NCBI GenBank assembly: GCA_050273025.1
Contig: CP158635.1
Location: forward strand, 6,076,001-6,140,000
DNA length: 64,000 nt
From: Cenococcum geophilum
Taxonomy: Eukaryota
Reading direction: 5' to 3'
Each line of letters opens with the position of its first letter. Position 1 is the first letter of the stretch. The notes under the pieces are model-generated. The model did not search any database. It was not told where the DNA came from and worked only from the letters and a program-made list of their open reading frames with translations. Shown in pieces: positions 24,850 through 38,116 of this stretch. The position numbers and the translations under genes were made by a program.

Positions 24850-27808
24850 ATGCATCAACACCCACGCCCGTCGCCGAGGACGGCCTCGGCAGCCAACTCC
24901 CTACAAACCAACCCCACACGAACGAACAATCAGCGGGATACAACCACAGAACGTACCTCAACGTACCCGGATACAAGCCCATACGGTGACAGAGGCGCCG
25001 AGGAAGGCGACGGCGAGATAATCGATCGTACCGAACAAATGTCAGAAGTAGACCAGAGGGATTACCAAAGGACAAACCAAATAATTCAGGTACGTTTCTA
25101 CTATTGCCAAAAAAAAATTTAATACCTCCTAATCCCACTGAAAATACTTATGCTTCGCTTCAGCAATTCTTCATCAAGTCCGCACTCACAATCATATCCT
25201 CGAGGGCGATGCTTCCTCAAAGCTTCAACAGGAATGGGGAACTTAGGCAGAACAAATGGGTACGTCGGCATACATTACTCATCTGGCTTAAGCACAAGGC
25301 TAATTTGTGTTGCAGTTCAACGTAGTCCTCGATGACACAGATGTTCTTATAGAAGATATGATAGAGTGGAGAACGATGGATGCAATGCAGAAAAGGCCGC
25401 CTTCTCTTTGCATAGAGGTATATCTAGACATGAAGGACCTCACTAATAGTCAGACATTGGTTGTTATTGACGAATTCGGGAAGCGATGGGACGTTGCCGA
25501 AGCACTTAACCCCCCTGCTGAATCTACTGCACGTCCACCGAGTCGTATGGGTAAAACCACACAAGTTATGCTGGAGCGATGGAGGATCCAAATAGGGGAT
25601 AAAAACTCCGTACCATCGTCCGATTTGAAGGATCCGCTTCCCAATGTCTACAAAAAAGCCGTTGTCCTATTTCGATCGCTTTACACCTGTACCCGATTCC
25701 TTCCAGCATGGAAGTATTATCGTCGGATGGCAAAACAACCCGCAAACCACCCATCGTTGAAGCTAAATTATCGCATTTCCAATGACGATTTCAAAAGCCC
25801 ACGGCGAGATACGTTAGATGTACCGCTCTACCTGTCTTCAGAAAATGTTACTGACAGCCAGACTTTTGCGCCGTCAAATTCCCCAATCGGGCCGTTCTGC
25901 ATCTCTGTTACGTACCGTACGAATTGCGACTTCCGAGTAGATGATGCCGAATCCCTCCTAAGCTCGCATTTTATGGGAATGGACGATCACTATTTCGAAC
26001 CGTCGCTGGGCAGTCGTCCGCAAGAGATTGGCCAAGTGCCTGGATCGCTACCTGTGAATAGACTTCATTCTCAGAACACGCCAGACCGAGGTCAAGCGTA
26101 CGGAAGCCTGTCAACATTTCACCAGGTTGGACCAGCCACCGGAACAAGTCCAATGTCAGCCCTTCGAGCCGCTCGGGATATGCCCTTACAGTCACCAACA
26201 GATTCTCCTCTACAGAAGCTTCCTCCAGATCACCGTACTGCGCAAGGGTCCAAATCTTCCCTACGATCTGCTGAGGGTGGACCGGCCTACCAAAGACGGA
26301 CATCTGTGTCATTCCAACCATTTAAAGCGGGCTCATTATCTTCGTCTCCAGCACCTGGCCCCCAGGTTTCGCCATCACCTGGAAGTTCGTTGGGAAGAAC
26401 TTCAAACGTGAATCCTCTCTTGCAGCCTCGAAATCGTACATCTTTGACAGCCCTTCCTCAAGCTGCTCTAAGGGCTCCCTCTTTGCCTAACGAAACTGCT
26501 ATTGCTTCTTCTGCCTCTAGCTCACCCAAGCCAGCACCCATCAACCGATACAGCAGCAGTTTCGGGCATAGGCGAAGCAGGTTCTCCTCCGGTGGTGGAA
26601 GTAAAACTGAAGACGATAACTTGAGCAGTGGGAAAGGAAGCATGGCATCTTCAGCTCAACCAGGTTCGGATATTTTAAATGAAGGGGAAGGGGCTAGCTC
26701 AGGCTCTATCAAGACTGACGATGAAAACATTTCGGACTTCCTGAAGCTTCTCGAGCAAAAGAAAGAACTTAAGAGTTTTAACCGTAGTGACAATGCGTCA
26801 CGTGACGCGTCTATGAAACGGACCACAGCGCAACTCTCAAAATATCAACGCATGCGGGATTCTAATGCTCAGCTTTCCGATTCTCTGTCATCATCACTTC
26901 TACTCCACCGCTCTTCTTCGTCGTCCAGCCGCCAGCTATCGAGTGTCCCTCAAATGATTGCAGGAACTTCCGTGTCTACATCATCCTCGCCAGGAAAGCC
27001 TATCTCACCGCATACGCCTCACACACCCGCAATACCATCGCGCTTAAGTGCAAACAGTATTATCGAATACGAACCTCGCCGAAGTCGCAGTCGCCCGAGT
27101 CATTCACCCCGTCAAGCGCAGGAACCAGCCCAGACAAGAGATTCAACCCAGGGCACGAATAGAGAACAAGCCACCACCGCAATTGACATCCCAACTTCAC
27201 CCCGGCCCTGGAATTATACCCGAAGATCCAATTCGGTAGCTCAACAGAACCGCAACCTCGAGGATGAGCCCGATCTCTTCGGCCTCCGTAGCGCCAGTTT
27301 GCCTGCGGAAGAGAGAGAGAGGCAGAGAGAACGGGATGCCGGTGTGGACTTGAGCCTCAGCGAACTTCTTCAGCATCATGTGCTCCTTGCTGGTGGAACA
27401 ACAGCTGCGCCGCTCAGTGAAGGCGTCATAGAGACAGAGCGAGCTGACGTAATAGCCGATCCCCTCTCTAGCCGGCCAGAATCTGGTGAGGAAGGCGCTC
27501 GTCCTACTTCTACTTCAGAAGTTCCTCGTTCCAGCCGCAGCCGCTTCCCTCGTGATAACGCTAGAGGACGAGGTCTATCATCAGCTCATGGCTCTTCCTC
27601 TAGCCTCGCGGCTACCGTGGCAGCCGGTGAGCGTACCTCCCGGTACAGCTTTAGTTCTCGTGCAGCTACTCTCGATGACGACGAGCCTCTTCTGTTCACT
27701 ATGAGTGAGCTAGGCGCAAATTCCCGCCGCAGCTTAGAAGAGGGTCGAGGCGGTTCCAACGCCGGTAGTGGGGAGCGTAGGCGAGGTAGTAGCTCACCCT
27801 GGCGTTAG
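24850..27808 (+). CDS. ATG13: Autophagy-related protein 13 (N-terminal HORMA domain plus Ser-rich disordered region); 3 exons
   Basis: Exons 24850-25089, 25164-25259 and 25316-27808 give NQIIQQFFIKSALTIISSR..NKWFNVVLDD, LERW, VYKKAVVLFRSLY..RFLPAW, SVTYRTNCDFRVDDAESLLSS, ISDFLKLLE and DDDEPLLFTMSE. Confidence 0.92.
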
Positions 27809-28821
27809 GCGAATCAGGTCTAGTACAAAATAGAACTATGACCTCTATAAGTTCATTATGACGTATTACAAACCGGAAATACGTTTGTTCCTCCCCTGCT
27901 CATCTGTCGAAATATTCTTGTCTCTCTAAAATTTTATTCGCTTTTCCAATTGGTGGTTTATTGTCGGCATGACTGGTGGTATTTATCTTTTTATATTTCC
28001 TCAGAAGTCGGTTGGGTACCGTAAAGATAAATGAGGTTCTTTTTATTGGTATTATTAATTCTCATGTGCGCCTGTTGTTGTTCTCTATCCGCAGCGAGCG
28101 AGTTAGTGCGTCCTCGGATGGTTTAGCTTGGACTTGGATCTGGGATTCTTAGGATTGGATGAGGATGAGATGAGTGCGCCAGGCTGGACCGGAGTAAACT
28201 GGGATCGGTCGTGTAGATAGATTTGGAATGGGAGTATAGGTTTAGGGTTGAATATAGTCCGCAATTCGGTTCTCGCGCGAGCGTTATCCAGACATGACCA
28301 AAATGCTTGATGCTTCTATGTGCAGGCCGTCACAGCATTACACCTCTAAGACCGGAACTAGCACTAGAACTTCAAAGTTGAAAGAATCGGTATCATACGA
28401 CTTAGTTGAGCCTGGTTGTATATATGATCCATAGCCGTTCAAGTACTCTAAAAGGGAATAGCGTAGCTGCGATAGCCACGTGCATTGTTTAGTTATCCCG
28501 ACGTACATCTCATCTCATAAATCAGACCCTCCATTGATCGTTGTGCACGGGCATACTGCTCCTTATTGACCGAGTTTATTGACCGTGTTTACGAGGTCTA
28601 TCCCTTAACCGCTGAAATTCGTCCATTCGTTATCGATAAGAATTAGCCAATTAGATCAACGTAATCGACTGCACGAAGGTGCCTTTCAAAAGTCTTTGCC
28701 GCCAAGAAATTCACCGCCTTAGCTCACCGCCTTCCAAATCTAGGTATCGCAGGTCCGGGTTAGGCTTGGCATAACCTCGGGTTACGCACGACCCCCCAAG
28801 GTCCGCGACATATCGTCCACA

Positions 28822-30155
28822 TATTACCTCCCCCTTAGGTAGTGGCCCCTACTTTTTAGACGCGTTTTTAAGGCCTAGGTTAGTACTAGGTTAGTATAAA
28901 GGGTCTTAGCGCGCCTTTAACCTTGCTATTGCCTTAATAATCTATTTTCTAACTCTTTTCTATTTGACGATAGTTCTAGAAGAGTCCTCTATATACGTCT
29001 ATACGCGTTTCCTACTTATATAAGCAGACTCTCTTTATTCGTATTTTTAGTAATAATTACTTATTAATTAATACTATATAGGCCTATATAGGGCCTATGT
29101 TCTTTATAGTTAGATCTTATTTATTCTAATATTATTTAGTTTATTAAGTTATAAGCACTCGCTGCTACTAAGCTGCGACGGTTTAGCTGCTTAATAGTTT
29201 AGAAAATTAACACCTTACCGTAAGTTGTATTAAGGGTTACTATACCCATACTAGGTTATTTCTTACTATTCTATATTATTTCTTATTATTAAATTTACGC
29301 GTTAAATCTATTTATTTATACGTCGCTATAGGTAAAGACTACCTAGGTATTTAACGCCTTAAAAATAACGGTTTAAATTAGCACCAATATTAGACGTAGC
29401 TTTGTGCGTATCTATATAGTAAGGGCCTTTTATATATTATTTAAGAAGATATAGGCTTACCCCTCTACTTAAAGCTCTAGAAAGAAGAGCCTATAATATC
29501 TATTAATTAAGTACTAGAGGACGTTAATAAGGAGGAGCAAGACGAGATCCTTAAGCGGTTATAGATTATTATAGATACTAATAATTTAATTTATACGGCA
29601 AATAAGACACTCTATAATAAGTACTATAAGGAGTTTAAATAGTATAATAAGGACAACGGTAAAGTCTGTTTAAGTATCCTTGGTATAATTAATAATAAAA
29701 TCCTTACTGCCTTAGAGCATAAGCAGACGATAAAGGACTATATTAATTACCTTAAGCAGACGTTTAAGGCCTATGGTTTAATCCATAAGGCTAATATATA
29801 GGAGAACTTCGTTAAGCTCCCCTTTTAATTAGACTAAGTAATTACTACTTTTTTAAGCCGTTACTAAGAGGCGGTTTAAGGAGTTAAGTAGGTAAAGCAT
29901 GCCCTAGATAATAAGATTATTAACTATTAATTTATTAACGCCGTTAACGAACACTTCCCTATATAGGCTTAAATTCAACGTAATAAGATTTGTAATAGCT
30001 ATATAATTTTACTACTTTAATTAATCGCTGACCTTACTAATAAGGCCTAGTAGAAGGACTTCCCTAAGAGCTTTACCTTAGTTAATAAGCCGCTAGGTAA
30101 CTTACATTTAAATTAATAGTCTAATTAAGGATATAGTAATGGTCGTAGTTATAGT
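28822..30155 (+). mobile_element. 5' part of a degenerate Copia-like LTR element (putative LTR, PBS-like site and gag relic); outermost host of the nest
   Basis: AGTTATAAGC at ~29147 is consistent with a RIP-mutated GGTTATGAGC Copia PBS-like motif. A gag-like relic runs ~29400-30150 and is cut at 30156 by LTR B1. The left boundary is uncertain. Confidence 0.4.
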
Positions 30156-30454
30156 TATAACAGTACTAGAGTGCGTTACCTACTAAGTTCTGCTATATTC
30201 TGCCACCTGTTATATTATCGCATACTACTAGCGCCTTAACGGCTCGCGCTACTTATTTATTTATACCAGCCCTAGCGACCCCCTTTCCTTCTCCTTAGCT
30301 TAGTATCTTCATTAAATAGCAATCTACAAGCTTTGGTTTAAAGGCATATATGCAAGCCGTTATATTATACTAAGCTCTCCTTACATTGCCTAGAAAGGCC
30401 TTAATTAATATCCCACTCTAAAAAGAAACTTCGTCTACAATAACGCGTTAATAT

Positions 30455-30770
30455 TATAACGGAATTCCCCAAAAGGTACATATTAGATAAGATAGAAGGT
30501 CTTATCTATATTCTATTTACGTCCTAGAAGACATAGTTAGACAGATAAGGGGTAAAGGGTTTTACTAGCATCTTAGAAGGATTATATAGGGAGCTAGTTC
30601 TCCTCTAGAGAAGAACTAGTGATTAGTCTCTAAATAAAAGAGGTTAGAAAGCATTTATCCTTTATTACGTGAAGATCGTTCTACCTTAACTTATCTTCTA
30701 CTTACCCATAACTCTTATTCTATACTATTAATTAGATAATTATACGTCTTAGTTAAACTGGCCTTTTATA
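30455..30770 (+). repeat. 5' LTR of element A
   Basis: Direct repeat of 37798-38116. Termini TAT..ATA are consistent with RIP-mutated TGT..ACA. Confidence 0.9.
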
Positions 30771-33700
30771 ATTCTAATTGCTTATAATCCTTTACAGAAG
30801 GAACGTACGGCTATTAATTAACGATAACGGGCTATACCTTCTTACCCCCTAAAACGACGCCCCTACCGTAAAAGGCTTAGAGAGTCTCCCTAGAGGAGCG
30901 CATTCCCTCTTCCTATAAAGAAGCTATAGCTAGTTTATCTAACTTTGCGAGACCCTTAGGAACAATTACCACTAGGGAGTTATTAGAGCGGTCGCTATAT
31001 AAGACCCTATAAAAAATAAAGGAGTTAGAGATATAATTAAGATAAGTATATTAAGACTACTAAGAATAACTATAAGGACAATTAGGGGAAGTATAGATAC
31101 CCTAGACACAAAGCAGGCTTAAAGGGGCAACGCTATACTACGCTATAACGTTAGAAAAACCTAGATTCCGTATAAAAGAACCTAATAAGTATAATAGTAA
31201 TAGTCTCCAAAACTATAATTATTTTATCCGTTAATATAAAACTAAGTTTCAGCTAGATCTAAAACGTTACTCTAATAAGTATAATTAGACACTAATTGCT
31301 TCTACCTTCTTACGTAGCACTATTAAGAGTTTATAGATACGCTATAAGAAGAAACTTACTATACCCCTTAAATTTAGCGAACTTAAGTCCTAGTTAGTTA
31401 ATTAGGTCTAAGACCCTACTAGTTAAGGGATAGATTATAACCGGCGATACCATAACGCTAAATAGCGAGAAGGCTAGAGTGTAGTCCAGTTTATAAACTA
31501 CTTAGAAGAACTAGAAGACAATATACCCTACTTAGACCTATAGAATAACACTATATAACTTTACTAGCTGCTTACTAAGTTACAACCTAAGATTTAATAG
31601 GCTATATAGAAAAAGGGCGAAATTCCTACCTTTTAAGAAAAGCTTATCTCTAAAGCTACTTGGATTAAAAATACTAAAAGAGACTATTTAAGTAAGTAAA
31701 AGAAATAAGACGCTAATAATAAAGAGTATAGGACTAAACCTAGCTTTAATAATAGGGGTAGATTCCAACCTAACTACTCTATAGAAGAATAACGCAAGCA
31801 GGCTTTAAAGCCCTAGAGTAACGCTAGTTAGCCTTAGAATAATAATAGGTAAAAACCTAATCTAAACAAGTAGAACTAAGAGTTATGCGTTTATTATAAC
31901 TACGGCAAAAGGGGCTATATAAAGCGCTTTTACCAGTAAAAGAAATAAGAGTTAAATTAATTAGGAAAAGAGAGAGCCTAGTAGATCTTTACTCCCTTAT
32001 ACTAAGCTAGTAAAAGAAAGAGGGAGTAAGCTACCGTATAGTTATTCATATCTCTATTTAAGTTAATAATAAATAGGTAATATAAAACTGCCTTATAAAC
32101 AGCGGCGCGACCATAGGGTTTATTTCTTAATTACTAGTAAAAGAATTGGATTTGGACCTTAGCGGCTTATAGGTGCGCACCATTTAAAGCATTAAAGGCC
32201 ACCGGATTCCATATTACGGGGAATAGGCTTTTTTTTATAGCCAGCTAGGATCGCAATAATCTATAGAATACGCAGGAGATACACTTCTATGCTATAGAAA
32301 TTAAGGGGTATAACCTTATTTTAGGATACCTATAGCTTCGCCAAGTTAATCTAGACATTAATTGGCCTTTAGCCTTATATTAATATCAGAAGTCTTAACC
32401 GCGCATTAGAGTTAAAGATTAAAAGACTTTCTTAAACTATATATAAGAAGAAGGGTGGGTATATACTATATATGCCACTCTTAACACCAAAAACGGGGAT
32501 ATAGGATATTTATTTTTAGATATCTAGCTATATATAGTTAAGGAACTAGAGATTTTACGGGAATATATAGACTTAGAGGATATTTCTAATAAAAAGGCTG
32601 CATAAACCTTACCTAACCCCATATTAGTTAAGCATAAAATAGATATAGGGGATAAACAACCTCCTTTTAAACTACTATATAACCTATTAGAAAATAAGCT
32701 AGCGGTATTACGTTAATATATAGTAAACAATCTTTAAAAAGAATAGATTTGGCCCTTTATAAGCCTAGTAGGGGTACTAATTATATTTATACCTAAGAAG
32801 GATAAAACCCTTTACCTTTATATTAACTATTAGGCGCTAAACAAGATTACTATAAAAAATTGCTACCCATTACCCTTAATAGAGGAGCTTATTAATAGGC
32901 TATTAGGCGTAAAAATATTTACAAAATTAGATCTAAAAGATGTATACTATTAAATTTAGATTAAGGCCGGTAATAAGTAGAAAACGGCGTTCTAAATATA
33001 GTACGGCTACTTTAAGTACCTAGTAATGCTATTTAGGCTTACTAACATACTAATAATATTTTAGGCCTATATTAATAAGGTATTATTAGGCCTATTAAAC
33101 ACGATATATATAGTCTACTCTAATAACTACAAAGTATATACGTATTATATATAAATAGTACTAGAAAGACTACGGAAATACAAACTCTATATAAACCTAA
33201 AAAAGTGCATATTTTATACTACTAGCATTAATTTTCTAGGCTTTATTGTTAGTGTTAATGGAGTATTAATAGAGAAAAGTCAAGTGGACGCTATTAGGGA
33301 ATAGCCCTACCCTATAATATTTAGAGAAATATAGGTTTTTTTAGGCACGGCGAACTTCTACCAAACGTTTATTATTTATTATTTATAAGTAATACTCCTA
33401 ATTACCAATCTACTAAAAGGATCTAAGAATAGTAAGAAGTTAGGACCCTTTATATTTAGGGAAGCTGCTAAATAGGCTATAGACTAGTTAAAGGATTTAT
33501 TTATATTGGCGCCTATTTTAATATACTTCTGCTAGAAGCTATATATATACCTTAAAATAGATATATCTAGCTTCGCCCTAGAGGCAATTATATCTTAATT
33601 AAAAGACGGAGAATAATATCCTATAGCGTTTTAGTTAAGGAAAATAACCCCTATAAAACAGTATTATATAATATATAACTAGAAGCTACTCGTAATAGTT

Positions 33701-36387
33701 ATAGTAATAAAGTACTAGTAATATTATTATATAGAAAGCAATTACCCTATTAAAGTCCTTACAGACTATAACAACCTAAAATACTTTATAACTATAAAGG
33801 TATTAAGCGGTTAATAAGCTAGATAGGCAAAGGCACTATTATAGTACGACTTTAAAATTATATACCGCTTAGAAAAAACAAATCCCGCTAATAGGTTATT
33901 AAGATATCTAGATTATAAAATAGGAAGGATCTAGGACAGTATAGGGGAAATAATCCCTATATTGCAAAATTTGCTTAGAAAGAAAGAAGACTCTTTTTCT
34001 AGAACTATAGAATTTTGTAATAAGGCAGAGGTCCTAATAATATAACTATAAAACGCTATAATTATAGAGCTGTAGGATATAGTTATAGATTAGGTTATAG
34101 GCCAAGCAGACGTTATAAAGTTAGTATACCCTAGAATTAGCGAGAATTCTATAGAATGTGCTAGGGGTATCGCGGCACCTTTAACTTAACGGCGTATTAG
34201 CTGCAAGTATCCAGATCTAAGGGGAATAGGTAAGATGCCTATCCGCAGCGTAGCATACTATATAATAGTAAGAGAATCTACTAGCACTAATAGTTTAAAA
34301 CGTCTTATGCTACGCCTTATATTTATAATAGTAGTAGGTAAAATAGAAGCAAGCGATCTACACAAAACCTTTTTAGATCTTCTCCTTTAAATATAATAGA
34401 GGGACGCCTTTATTTCTAGAGAGAGGTAAAAAGATATAGTGGAGACTAACTTAGCCAGAGTTACTAAAAAGCTATAGTAGCAAGACTAAAAGGGTCTATT
34501 ATGCTTTAAGGGTGCTATATATGTTCTAAAGGACTAAGCGGTTTAAGATAAAATTCTAAAAGTCTTCTACGACGACCCTTTTAGGGGTCACTATAGTGCT
34601 AATAGAACCCTTAAGGCCGTTTAAAGGAAATACTTTTAGGATAAAATATTTAAAGAGGTTAAGGACTATATATTAAGATATAATATATACTAAAGGGTAT
34701 AGATATCTAGATATTGCCCCTATAGCGAGTTATTAGTGCTTCTTATTCCATAGGGACCTATATTAAAATTAATAATAGATTTTATAATAAGCTTACCCCC
34801 TACTAAAATAAGAACGGGAGAGGTTGCTAACACTATCCTAGTAATTATTAACAGATATACAAAGTTTTTAAGGTACTTTACTGTTATAATAACAATCACG
34901 GCAGTAGAATTGGTAGACCTATTTTTAAAACGGTAGCTCTTATTTAGTATATTAAGGGGAATCGTGTCTAATAAAGGTACTGTATTTAACAGCGTATTCT
35001 AGTCTTTATTTTATCTCTTATTAAAAATATAGTAAAGGATAAGCACTACCTTTTATCCGTAAACAGATGGGCTAATAAAGCGTCTAAATGCGATATTTAG
35101 AACACTACCTCCGCTACTATATTAATTATTAATATGATAATTAGACATTATAGTTGGCTTTAGTGCAATATATATATAATATAAGCATCTATAGTAGTAT
35201 AAAAATAACCCCTTATAAAGTATTATTTAGGGCAAAAGTAAATAACCTATAGAACGTTAAGGACATTATTCCTAAAAGGGAGGTACTAGTAGCGTCTAAG
35301 AGAATTAAGCAAATAAGAATTCGTAGAAAAGAACTTAAAAAGCACTTACTAGACGCCTAGGCCATATAAAAAAGGTACTATAATAAAAAATATATACTAA
35401 AAGAATTTAAGATAGGAGACGAAGTCTTACTATTTATAAAAAATATCTAAATAAAACGTATTAAGAAGAAGCTAGATTACTAGTAGCTCGGACCCTTTAA
35501 AATAGTTAGGAAAACTAAAGGAAATTAAGCCTATAAATTAGAATTGCTAAAATTATACCTAATATATTCCATATTTTATATTTCCTTACTAAAGCTATAT
35601 TAGAGAAGAGATGGTGCGGAACTACTACTACTTAGCGAAATTAATAGGGAACTAGAATAGAATATAGAAGATATTTTAGACTAAAGATAGCGCCAAAAAA
35701 GCGCGAATTTTTAGTTTATTAGGAAGAATACTCTTAGGTATATAATAGTTAGGAACCTAAGAAGTACCTTTAGCCAAAATATAATACGGTAATTAAAACC
35801 TTCCTAAGGACTAAAGGTAAAGATTCGGCAATAGTTCTAGATATGCTACAGATAAAATAATAGGGAAGACCCCGTAAATTAAAACTATAAGGTTAAGTAT
35901 AGGCATTAAGAACGGAAACGTTTCGCTATTATAATAGGGATCCTAAAACCCTATAAGGGGAAGCCTATAGGATCTATAGGAGAACTACTAAGGATACTGT
36001 CTAAAGAAGACGCTATTTAAGAATAAGTAGTAGTAATATAAGAAAAGGCCTTAGGGATTTAGAAGGACCCCCTAGGGATAAAAAGAGAGTATTTGGTCTA
36101 GCACTAGAGATACGTAGTAGAGTTAATAGTACGAAGAGGAGTAAAAGGACAGCCTATAAAGAATTAAAAAAAAATTAAAATTATAAAGCACCTATAGAAA
36201 TATTACTCGTTTATTATATACGGGGATTATAGTAGTGCACTGCCTTTATATAAATTGTTACTAAAGCTTAGAGTAAAGGCATCCCTAAAGTATAAAGTTA
36301 ATTCCTAATAATAGGGCATCCTTAAGGCACCTAAGAAGCACTATATAAAGCTATTCTATAAGAAGAAGGAAAGAGCTAGATAATAAC

Positions 36388-37270
36388 TTAAATACTAGTA
36401 GCAGTAACAGGAGCCTCCTCTTCTATCTTAACATTATTATTAACGATATTATTAGCACCTCTATCCCTAGAAGCATTAGCACTTCTACTAATACTCTTCT
36501 TAAAATAATAAGAACTAGAAGGACTAGCACAGGCAGAAGACTAGCGAGGAGAACGTTTATCTAGACTTTTATCGCTATCCTTAGTATCCCTAGGCTTTAA
36601 ATTAGTATCTAAGTAGGGATCCAAAAGCCGTTAGCTAAGAGAATTAGTATAGTTCCTAAACGTATTACTAGAGAAACTTACCTAGCTAAAAAGGCCCGCG
36701 TAAGAGTATAAATTTTATTATTTATAAGGGTAAGCTGCTTGCATATACGCTCTTAGATACTATATATCCGAAATTATTACGTCTCTATAGTAGTGGAAAC
36801 CCTTATTAAATTAAAAAGCCTATAAGTAAGGGTAGATACCTTCTATCCCTATTTATCGCTATTTAGATATAGGTGGAAATCCTAAATAGCGTAATAGAGC
36901 TTATAAGTCTTACGCGTATAAACAGTAGGGATCTAATATAATTAGTGAAATTTAGAATAGGACAGAATAGAAGATACTAGAACGTAGGTTTTTCTCCTAC
37001 TATAGTAATAGAAATACTTAGATTTATTTTTATTAGAGCGAGGTATCTTATAGGTATAAGACGGGTCCAGCGTAAGCGCGTAAACGCAATAACGGCAGCA
37101 CTTCAGAGAGATTACTATAGGAGTAACAGAGGTAGTCTAGGGTAGCCCTAAAATAACACCGCTACCGGTCTAGGGACGCGCAGTATAACCTTAAGCTATT
37201 ATAAGAGAATACTATGGGAAGTTAGTATTATTAACGAAGATAAAATAGGGATCCTATTACTTATAGACAT
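36388..37270 (-). pseudogene. RIP-inactivated 4-exon antisense accessory gene of element A; ~245 aa with a Zn2Cys6-like cysteine cluster
   Basis: Exons 37270-37265, 37211-36978, 36932-36682 and 36634-36388. The 53-, 45- and 47-nt introns have CTAAC/CTAAT branch sites and TAG acceptors. Spliced length is 738 nt, in frame. Confidence 0.65.
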
Positions 37271-37797
37271 GTTATAAAAAGAGAATAAAGTAGTTATAAA
37301 AGAATAGCTAAAGATACGGAAGCTAAAAGTGGAGATATAGAGAAAATAGTCTACTAAAAGATAAGATAAATAGTGTTATTAATAAAAAGACGCGTAAGAG
37401 GCGACAGCTTATAAACTAAAAGGAAATTAAAATAAAGATGTTATTATTAGAACCCATTTTAGGTAAATGGGGATAATAGCTTATAGACGCGTTATATAGG
37501 ATAACCTCCGGATTAACTTATAACAAACTCTTATAATAAGAAAGGTGAATCCCATCCAATTATTATTATTATTATTATTTTAGTTCTATTATAAAGGCAT
37601 TATAAGGAGCTATAGTAGAAGAAGAGTAGAGGAACTAAAGATAAAGTAAGGTTTTATACTAGTAAAGAACTAGCTATAAGCCGTATTATAGAGTACCTTT
37701 CCACTAAGAATTTTCCCTAGTAGTTTTAGCCGGAACTCTATAAAAGTTTAGTAGAGGCAAAGTTTTAGAGGACTAAAACCCTTAAAGGGGAGGCAAT

Positions 37798-38116
37798 TAT
37801 AACGGAATTCCCTAAAAGGTACATATTAGATAAGATAGAAGGAGGTCTTATCTATATTCCATCTACGTCTTAAAAGATATAGTTAGACAGATAAGGGGTA
37901 AAGGGTTTTGCTAGCGTTTTAAAAGGATTATATAGGGAGCTAGTTCTCCTCTAAAGAAGAACTAGCGATTAGTCTCTAAATAGAAGAGGTTAGAAAGCAT
38001 TTATCCTTTATTACGTAAAGATCGTTCTACCTTAACTTATCTTCTACTTACCCGTAACTCTTATTCTACACTATTAATTAGATAATTATACGTTCTGGTT
38101 AAACTGGCCTTTTATA
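37798..38116 (+). repeat. 3' LTR of element A
   Basis: Direct repeat of 30455-30770 with a 3-bp insertion, preceded by the purine tract AAAGGGGAGG. Confidence 0.9.

Larger units (their letters stand above)
30455..38116 (+). mobile_element. Full-length Gypsy/chromovirus element A (~7.7 kb), RIP-inactivated
   Basis: LTRs at 30455-30770 and 37798-38116, 5-bp TSD AATAT (30450-30454 / 38117-38121) and a purine tract before the 3' LTR. Gag ~30960-31980; pol (protease NSGA relic, RT, RNase H, integrase, chromodomain) ~32000-35890. Confidence 0.92.

Noticed and set aside
28560..28820. 13-bp tandem duplication (TTATTGACCGAGT/TTATTGACCGTGT) and GC-rich stretch as a possible TE terminus
   Set aside because: No matching partner end or TSD was found in the window.
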